Shown here: one piece after another, positions 7,191-12,022 of the stretch | How the letters are laid out: every line of letters begins with the position of its first letter | Numbering within the stretch: position 1 is the first letter of the stretch | Origin: an uncultured Chloroflexia bacterium | Lineage (GTDB): Bacteria; Chloroflexota; Ktedonobacteria; Ktedonobacterales; JADMIN01 | NCBI GenBank assembly: GCA_963718915.1 | Contig: CAVRAI010000008.1 | Coordinates: 1-12,022 of the forward strand | Direction: 5' to 3' | Length of the DNA: 12,022 nucleotides | Notes under the pieces: generated by a model | Seen by the model: the letters and a program-made list of their open reading frames with translations, nothing else | Database searches by the model: none | What the model was told of the DNA's origin: nothing | Position numbers and translations under genes: made by a program

Positions 7191-8558
7191 TTAATACTTG
7201 TAGAAATGCTGGCGCGCCTCCTCTTCTGGCGCCACGTCGGCGAAGTGCTGGCATTCCAGTCGCTTGACCGCGAGGTAGGCAGTCATCTCAATAGGGCCGA
7301 GGGCATCGGCCAGCGCCGTATCTTGCTCCAGCGCATCCAGCGCCTCATCGAGCGTGGCTGGTAATCGGCTGATGTGGCGTTGCAGGCGTTCTTCGTCGCT
7401 CAGCGTGGCTGGATCAACATCGACTGGCGACCCCGGATGCAGCTGGCGGCGGATGCCATCCAATCCAACCGCGATGAGCGCGCCAAGCGCCAGATACGGA
7501 TTGCCGCTATGATCCGCTGGTTTCAGTTCAAAGTTGGTCGATTCCGCTTCCCTTCCCCAGAATAATGATGGAATGCGAATCGCGCCCTCCCGGTTGTCGA
7601 ATCCATAGGCGGTATAGGCGGAACTCCAGAATCGCGGCAGCAGCCGACGATACGAGTTGGGGCTGGCGCAGGTGAGCGCCAGCAACGCTGGCAGGTGGTC
7701 AAGCACACCGCCGATGAAGGCGTAACCCAGCTGGCTGATTCCGCCCTGCCCCTGAGGATCATGCAGAAGGTTTTGCCCCGCATTGGCGGCGCCTGAGAGT
7801 CCCCAGAGACTGAAATGGATATGCGCGCCACTGTCGGCCTGATCGAGAAACGGCTTCGCGGCGAACGAGGCCAACACGCCATGCCGCTGGGCGACACCGC
7901 GTACGGTCTCACGTACCCGCAGCACATTATCCGCGGCGCGCAGGGCATCCACATGGAGGATGGAGAGTTCCTGCTGGCCGGGGCCAAGTTCGGGCATGAA
8001 CTGCTCGACCTGAATGCCTTCCTGTTCCAGCACTGCCAGGATATCGTCGATGATGAGCGCTGACGAGTCGAAACCGATGCTGCTGTAGCAAAGGCTTCGG
8101 TCGTAGGGTGCGTAACCACCGTCGTCGGTTTCACGCGCCAGGTAAAACTCGTGTTCCACGCTTGCCTGTACAGCAATGCCCAGTTGCGCCGCCGCCGCGA
8201 TCATGCGCTTGAGGAAGGTGCGCGGACAGGCGCTCCACGGCTGGTGGTCTTGTTGCGAATAGAGGTCGCAGAGCATCATACCAGTCTTTGGCGCATAGGG
8301 CAGCACGACGAAGGTATCTGGGTCTAGCACGAGACGAAACTCGCCAACCGGCCCCATGCCGTCAACCGCCGCCAGCGCATCGACACCCGCAAACGCCTGC
8401 ATGGCGAGTGACTGGCTGATTCCCTCAGCCATGCGGTTTTTCAGACCGTTGACATGGGTGGCTTTGCCGCGAATAATGCCGCCATTATCGCAGTACATGA
8501 AGCGTACCAGGCGCAGGTGCGCCTCTTCCGCGCGTTTGAGAACGGTCTCGCTGTCCAT
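7191..8558 (-). CDS. Glutamine synthetase family protein (type I-like GlnA paralogue; could be a gamma-glutamyl-amine ligase)
   Basis: 455 aa. GS catalytic motifs are present: 'SVEHEFYL', 'PELGPGQQE', 'AAKPF...SGAHIHFSLW', 'NSYRRL', 'NREGAIRIP' and 'FELKPADHSGNPYLALGALIAVGLDGI'. GGAGG lies 5 nt upstream of ATG 8558. No adenylylation-loop Tyr motif was recognised. Confidence 0.93.
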   Translation of the reverse strand: MDSETVLKRAEEAHLRLVRFMYCDNGGIIRGKATHVNGLKNRMAEGISQSLAMQAFAGVDALAAVDGMGPVGEFRLVLDPDTFVVLPYAPKTGMMLCDLYSQQDHQPWSACPRTFLKRMIAAAAQLGIAVQASVEHEFYLARETDDGGYAPYDRSLCYSSIGFDSSALIIDDILAVLEQEGIQVEQFMPELGPGQQELSILHVDALRAADNVLRVRETVRGVAQRHGVLASFAAKPFLDQADSGAHIHFSLWGLSGAANAGQNLLHDPQGQGGISQLGYAFIGGVLDHLPALLALTCASPNSYRRLLPRFWSSAYTAYGFDNREGAIRIPSLFWGREAESTNFELKPADHSGNPYLALGALIAVGLDGIRRQLHPGSPVDVDPATLSDEERLQRHISRLPATLDEALDALEQDTALADALGPIEMTAYLAVKRLECQHFADVAPEEEARQHFYKY

Positions 8559-8573
8559 AGCTTTCCTCCAGGC

Positions 8574-9299
8574 CTATGACACCTGCACGCCAGCCCGTCG
8601 GATACTCCGTTGCCCATCAGAGATGACGCCCGTAATCGGCACCGGCAGCATAGTTTGAACCTCCTGAATCAGCTTGGCAACCTCTTCCTCACATTCGCTC
8701 AAGAGACTCCGCGCCAACAGTACGTCACCCGAGAGACAATCGCGCAACACCCATAAGACTTCATGCCCGACATCGGGCTTCATGCCATCTAACCCGAGAA
8801 TGACCTGACCCAGCGCCAGAAACCGTTCCCTGAGATGATCCATGCTGGTGAACCGCACGGCAATCAACTCTTCATACCGAGCGAGAAGATTGGTCACCGT
8901 GCGCTCAGCGATCACCACTCCATACAGACAGAGCTGTTGATGGATTTCTGGAATGCTGCGGTGCTGCGTGTACCGCAACTGGCCGACCAACGCGATGACA
9001 TCGAAGCCGAATTCGCTATGTGGTAAGGCCCAAGCGCCTTCCGCTTCAGGACGACACAATCGGTGATAGGAAGAGCAAGAGTGATTGTGGCAACGAACCA
9101 ACGAGAGCGTCAGTCGCCAAACGCCATCAAGCTGACGAATGGTTCGTTGGGCGCGATGTACTCTGTGAAGCGGATGGCTACACGTAGCGCAGACCACGTG
9201 GCATACCGCAAGATCACACGCATGTGTCGGCAATGGAGCAGAACTTTGTCGAGCCACCACACCATTCCTTTCACTGATCCCTCGAATGATAATGGCCAA
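8574..9299 (-). CDS. Transposase fragment (N-terminal zinc ribbon plus the first two thirds of a DDE domain); probably a 3'-truncated IS remnant or pseudogene, family possibly ISKra4-like
   Basis: 241-aa ORF that opens with TTG and has no RBS. The zinc ribbon is 'VCATCSHPL...VRCHNHSC'. 'ILGLDGMKPDVGHEVLWVLRDCLSGDVLLARSL' and 'VPITGVISDGQRSIRRA' look like the first two acidic motifs of a DDE transposase. From memory this resembles the 'DGLQPEKGHETLYV...' type. The third (E) motif region is missing and the ORF stops 15 nt before the GS start. Confidence 0.65.
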   Translation of the reverse strand: MAIIIRGISERNGVVARQSSAPLPTHACDLAVCHVVCATCSHPLHRVHRAQRTIRQLDGVWRLTLSLVRCHNHSCSSYHRLCRPEAEGAWALPHSEFGFDVIALVGQLRYTQHRSIPEIHQQLCLYGVVIAERTVTNLLARYEELIAVRFTSMDHLRERFLALGQVILGLDGMKPDVGHEVLWVLRDCLSGDVLLARSLLSECEEEVAKLIQEVQTMLPVPITGVISDGQRSIRRAGVQVS

Positions 9300-9459
9300 G
9301 GCGAATCAATATGATATGCGCCTGAGTGACATTGAACTGTGAATACATAGCTTTACATATACTTGTCAGCAATGTACAATTGACAGCAAGATATATATGG
9401 CGCAGCGGTGATCGTGGAGATGGTGTTGTATCATTTCAGACAGAAGGGGTGGTCTCCCT

Positions 9460-9918
9460 ATGGCACGCTATGCTGCCCGGTTGTTCATCTTGATGCTGAT
9501 GCTTGCAATGGTCATCGGCTCCCAAGTGTCCATGGCGCACATAGTACAGGCGCACGGCCTTGCTCCTCATGTCGGCCCGCTCGTCGCCTGCCAGGGATCC
9601 GACTGCACGGGCGATGATCCGGTGCTCGATGGATGTGTCAACTATCAAACGGTGCTTACATCTAAACCTATCTACGATAGGTATACTAACTACATAGGTA
9701 GTGTGTACCTATTTTATTCCGGGCGGTGCAACGCCCGTTGGGCCGATACCACAGCAAGTGATGGCGGCGCTCGCGTCTCAGCCAGTATTTATGGCACTAC
9801 TGGCGCCAACTACTCGGCAATCAGCATCGGTTATGTCCGTACCTTGATGGTAGGCGCTCAGGCCGCATATGCTTGTGGAACGGTGAGTGGGTATAGGGCC
9901 TGCACAAGCGAGAAGTAG
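9460..9918 (+). CDS. Secreted DUF2690-like protein
   Basis: 152 aa. AAGGGGTGG lies about 9 nt upstream of the ATG. The signal peptide is 'MARYAARLFILMLMLAMVIGSQVSMA'. The core 'CQGSDCTGDDPVLDGCVNYQTV...GSVYLFYSGRCNARWADTT' matches the C-x-G-x-x-C-x-G-x-DP...GC...L-x-YS-x-x-C-x-x-x-WA pattern I associate with DUF2690. Confidence 0.78.
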   Translation: MARYAARLFILMLMLAMVIGSQVSMAHIVQAHGLAPHVGPLVACQGSDCTGDDPVLDGCVNYQTVLTSKPIYDRYTNYIGSVYLFYSGRCNARWADTTASDGGARVSASIYGTTGANYSAISIGYVRTLMVGAQAAYACGTVSGYRACTSEK

Positions 9919-9935
9919 TATCGGGATCTCCCGAC

Positions 9936-9957
9936 CTTCTGGTAAATTGGCCAGAAG
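9936..9957 (+). terminator. Hairpin 18 nt after the DUF2690-like stop codon, a weak terminator candidate
   Basis: CTTCTGG (9936-9942), loop taaattgg, CCAGAAG (9951-9957). The 7-bp stem is perfect. No U-tract follows. Confidence 0.2.
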
Positions 9958-9977
9958 CAGGCAGTCACAGGCAGTCA
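9958..9977. repeat. Perfect tandem direct repeat, 2 x CAGGCAGTCA
   Basis: CAGGCAGTCA occurs at 9958-9967 and again at 9968-9977. The repeat lies directly after the hairpin and 18 nt upstream of the ATG at 9996, just 5' of the RBS GAAGGGAGAAGG. Confidence 0.9.
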
Positions 9978-9995
9978 AATGAAGGGAGAAGGCGC

Positions 9996-10625
9996 ATGAG
10001 CGCGCCAGGGGTAAAAGCACGATGCTCACACTGTGGTAAAAGCGCAACCGAGGTAGAGCACCTGTTCGGCAGCACTATCAGAGGGAGCAGCGCCTATATC
10101 TGCAATGAGTGTCTGCTCACCTATTACGAGATTTATGTCCAGCGCCAGCAGGATATGCAACGCATTGAAGAAGGTCGCTATCACGTGGCCGAGAGACTCA
10201 CAACTGCGCTCCAAGCGTTTGTTGCAGACCATCAAAGCGGGCAGATCGTTGTTGGCGGGGATCGTCGTCCTGAGGTCGCCTTGTTCCGACGCGACCGCCT
10301 CACAATAGATCAGATCAAGACACTTCTTGAGCAAACACCTCATGAAGGGGTAGCTGGCGAACCTGTACCAGATCTTGTGGCGCACGTCGCAGGATTTCTG
10401 CGGTCGGGCGGAGAAGCGGCCGAGGGGCAGGGGTATTTGACTCGTGGCGTGGCCCTCGTCTGGATTATCCGTCCGCGCGCACGGCGAGTCGAGGTGTGGC
10501 AACCAGTGGCGCAAGGCGCGGTTCCATCGAGTCGAGAGCTCACCATGGCCGATGCACTTGATGGTCTCGATGTTCTTACAGGTTTTCGATATGCAATCTC
10601 CGACCTGTTCGAGGGTATTTGGTAA
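9996..10625 (+). CDS. ClpX-type C4 zinc-finger protein fused to a degenerate Uma2 (DUF820, PD-(D/E)xK) nuclease-like domain
   Basis: 209 aa. The RBS GAAGGGAGAAGG (9981-9992) precedes the ATG. Residues 10-46, 'CSHCGKSATEVEHLFGSTIRGSSAYICNECLLTYYEI', match the ClpX zinc-binding domain '[34 protein letters not shown]'. The C-terminal part carries Uma2-like segments: 'RRPEVALF', 'PVPDLVAHVAG', 'GVALVWIIRPRARRVEVWQP' and 'LTGFRYAISDLFEG'. Confidence 0.85.
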   Translation: MSAPGVKARCSHCGKSATEVEHLFGSTIRGSSAYICNECLLTYYEIYVQRQQDMQRIEEGRYHVAERLTTALQAFVADHQSGQIVVGGDRRPEVALFRRDRLTIDQIKTLLEQTPHEGVAGEPVPDLVAHVAGFLRSGGEAAEGQGYLTRGVALVWIIRPRARRVEVWQPVAQGAVPSSRELTMADALDGLDVLTGFRYAISDLFEGIW

Positions 10626-10645
10626 CTCACCACTGCGGAGAAACG

Positions 10646-10683
10646 GTAGACTTGACCTAGAATCGGACTAGGCCCTTGTCTAC
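10646..10683 (+). terminator. Nested hairpin 20 nt after the stop of the ZnF-Uma2 gene, a weak terminator candidate
   Basis: The outer stem is GTAGAC (10646-10651) with GTCTAC (10678-10683). The inner stem is CCTAG (10656-10660) with CTAGG (10668-10672), closing the loop aatcgga. No U-tract follows. Confidence 0.25.
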
Positions 10684-10866
10684 TAACACGTGAATGACTC
10701 CTTTAGGCCAGTAGATCATGGCCTCACATGATTCATGGTAATTGGTACCGGATCCCGTGCGCAACGCCTATTCCCCAAAGCGATTCTCAAGTATGTACCT
10801 GCAACTCATCGAACCCACCGCACGTCACCAAAGATTGCCGCCATAGTTTTTTAGGAGTCAAATCGG

Positions 10867-10971
10867 GTGGATATCCTTACGTTTAGCACCGATGTTGATC
10901 AGCCGAACATGCCGTATACGACGAACATCCAGTGGCAGGATCTGCCGCATCAAGGTAACAACGGGTGCTAG
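10867..10971 (+). CDS. Candidate small ORF of 34 codons, function unknown
   Basis: GTG at 10867 is preceded by AGGAG (10853-10857) at 9-nt spacing. It would encode (M)DILTFSTDVDQPNMPYTTNIQWQDLPHQGNNGC and stops at TAG 10969-10971. My hand-counted third-position GC is about 68% in this frame versus about 53% for the overlapping antisense ORF 10858..11148. No homology was recognised. Confidence 0.2.
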   Translation: MDILTFSTDVDQPNMPYTTNIQWQDLPHQGNNGC

Positions 10972-11062
10972 CCTGAACCTCACACCAAGGCGCTGGTTAG
11001 CACGAACATGAATAGTGGTGCCATCATCCGGTGTTCCGACATTACTGGGAAGGTTGAAAGTC

Positions 11063-11668
11063 ATGAAGCGACGATTTACCCTACGGTTCGGACGTTGGGG
11101 GGTTATCCTGGGCATCGTATTTGCTGCCAGTATGCTTATGGCGATCACGGTCTGGGCAGCAGGAGGGCTACCGTTTCAGCAAGACAGTGGCCCCCAGACA
11201 GCAGCTCAGAAGCAGGCGAAAATACATCAGGTCGAGGCGCAAGAAACGGCTGCCGCGAAGACGCCACATGGGTCAAAGCCACAGGCAAACCAGGCAAACA
11301 CGGCACCTATCACCTCGTGTCCGAATCCTCCATGGACAACGGGCATTCTGACAACGCGGGATACGGGTGGCTTCCATGATCAGATCACTAACAGTGCGAT
11401 CGTTGCTCCTAATGGGGGAGTTCCCTTTTACTATGTTGTCTACGCAGGCGCGCTACGAACAAATCTATAACATGGCATGCTCATCGTCATGCAGATGGAC
11501 TATGACTCGTGCGCCGCAAGCGCCCAAGGCACGAAGATTACCTACTTCCCCACGCCATCTCAGCAGGGAGCGGTGACCTTGACACAATTGAACGGCGACA
11601 CCTTGACCTTTACAACGGCCACCGGTGGCAGCGGACACTTCAATGTCATTACAGGTCAGTTCACATAA
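11063..11668 (+). pseudogene. Secreted or membrane-anchored protein of unknown function, interrupted by a single in-frame TAA
   Basis: ATG 11063 has GGGAAGG 9 nt upstream. The signal or anchor is 'MKRRFTLRFGRWGVILGIVFAASMLMAITVWA', followed by a Q/A/K-rich linker. ORFs 11063..11470 and 11477..11668 are in the same frame and are separated only by TAA (11468-11470) plus two codons. The downstream ATG 11477 has no RBS. The read-through sequence '...YYVVYAGALRTNL*HGMLIVMQMDYDSCAAS...' looks like one continuous domain. Confidence 0.6.
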
Positions 11669-11779
11669 GGCTCGGCCCTCATGCGCCACCCTTGAGTGTT
11701 GTCCACCGAGGCCACTGAGCGATGAAGCGTCGCACATGATCAAGGTCATGATGTAGACGACGCACAGGTTTTGAATGCG

Positions 11780-11819
11780 GATGCCCTGGGTACCAACAAC
11801 GTTCAGCACTCAGGGCATC
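11780..11819 (+). terminator. 12-bp stem hairpin followed by a T-rich tract, a candidate terminator
   Basis: GATGCCCTGGGT (11780-11791) pairs with ACTCAGGGCATC (11808-11819) with one G-U pair and a 16-nt loop. TTGTTAAT follows. It lies 112 nt after the stop at 11668. Confidence 0.3.
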
Positions 11820-12022
11820 TTGTTAATGCTATAGGTTGGACTCCTTGGGTACACACGATGTGGTTTGAACCTACGACCCTGGCGTCACAGTTTGCGGTTG
11901 TCTGGTTAGTGGCGTATTCGGCTGCGCGCTCCACCGAATTGATGACGCACTCAGCTCGCACGAGCAGGCGTAGTCGCGATGTTAAGTAGAGTCTATATAT
12001 GATTGCATGAAGCGAATCGCCT

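Noticed and set aside
7374-8658. ORFs 7523..8176(-), 7815..8063(+), 7374..7565(+) and 8356..8658(+) overlapping the GS-family gene
   Set aside because: All lie inside or across a gene with complete GS motifs in another frame. They have no independent support.
9677-9718. Intragenic ATAGGTA direct repeat and an ATAGGTA-gtgtg-TACCTAT hairpin followed by TTTTATT inside the DUF2690-like gene
   Set aside because: It looks terminator-like, but it lies in a Tyr/Ile-rich coding stretch (YDRYTNYIGSVYLFYS) whose TAY/ATA codons generate such repeats. The stem is AT-rich and weak.
10744-10755. Adjacent KpnI (GGTACC) and BamHI (GGATCC) sites, reminiscent of a cloning polylinker
   Set aside because: Only two 6-mers are involved, with no other vector-like sequence such as primer sites, lacZ or further polylinker sites. 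This is consistent with chance.
10728-10886. 52-codon Cys- and Pro-rich + ORF (MIHGNWYRIPCATPIPQSDSQVCTCNSSNPPHVTKDCRHSFLGVKSGGYPYV)
   Set aside because: It has no Shine-Dalgarno sequence upstream of its ATG. My hand-counted GC3 is about 46%, so it is not coding-like. It overlaps the better-supported SD-preceded GTG ORF region. I note it only as an alternative for the spacer.
10858-11148. 96-aa - strand ORF overlapping the start of the secreted-protein gene
   Set aside because: It overlaps an SD-preceded, signal-peptide-bearing + strand gene. It is Arg-rich with no motif I can place, although I briefly considered a transposase or integrase remnant. Its third-position GC is lower than that of the opposing small + ORF.
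11847-11874. tRNA-like T-arm on the - strand (GTAGG-TTCAAAC-CACAT, followed by ...ACCC)
   Set aside because: The T-loop consensus is good, but the T-stem has two internal mismatches. No complementary 5' acceptor strand (ACACACG) or D and anticodon arms could be folded at standard or long-variable-arm distances. At most it is a degenerate tRNA 3' relic, not a gene. tRNAscan-SE or ARAGORN would settle it.
1-12022. A search by eye for CRISPR arrays, rRNA genes, integrase/att pairs and long (>20 bp) internal repeats
   Set aside because: I found no regularly spaced repeats, no rRNA-like conserved blocks, and no recombinase gene other than the truncated transposase. Long repeats cannot be excluded without a computational self-alignment (dot plot).

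Overview
This is a high-GC, Shine-Dalgarno-rich bacterial chromosomal segment with no rRNA, tRNA or CRISPR array that I can support. Hand counts of single 60-nt lines give about 57-82% GC in the left 9 kb and 33-58% in patches of the right 2.7 kb. The transposase type and a DUF2690-like protein hint at a Chloroflexota/Ktedonobacteria-like or actinobacteria-like host, but that is a low-confidence inference. The + strand at 1-2.45 kb carries a tandem-GNAT acetyltransferase, a small antitoxin gene overlapping a PIN (VapC-like) toxin gene by 11 nt, and a class I SAM methyltransferase. The - strand at 2.48-9.3 kb carries five genes. They are a frameshifted lipoprotein made only of the SecD periplasmic P1 domain, a TolB-like beta-propeller lipoprotein, the classic NfeD + SPFH/stomatin pair, a glutamine-synthetase-family ligase with intact motifs, and a 3'-truncated zinc-ribbon/DDE transposase fragment ending 15 nt before the GS start codon. 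The + strand at 9.46-11.67 kb carries a DUF2690-like secreted protein, an unusual fusion of a ClpX-type zinc finger to a degenerate Uma2 nuclease fold, a 437-bp ORF-poor spacer, and a secreted-protein gene interrupted by one in-frame TAA. The last 350 bp are unassigned. I do not see a convincing multi-gene novel system. The most unusual single element is the ClpX-ZnF::Uma2-like protein, followed by the orphan SecD-P1 lipoprotein with a slippery-looking frameshift site. Three independent gene lesions (frameshift, nonsense, truncation) in 12 kb indicate either gene decay in an accessory region or consensus errors. All homology statements come from by-eye motif recognition and need HMM or BLAST confirmation.
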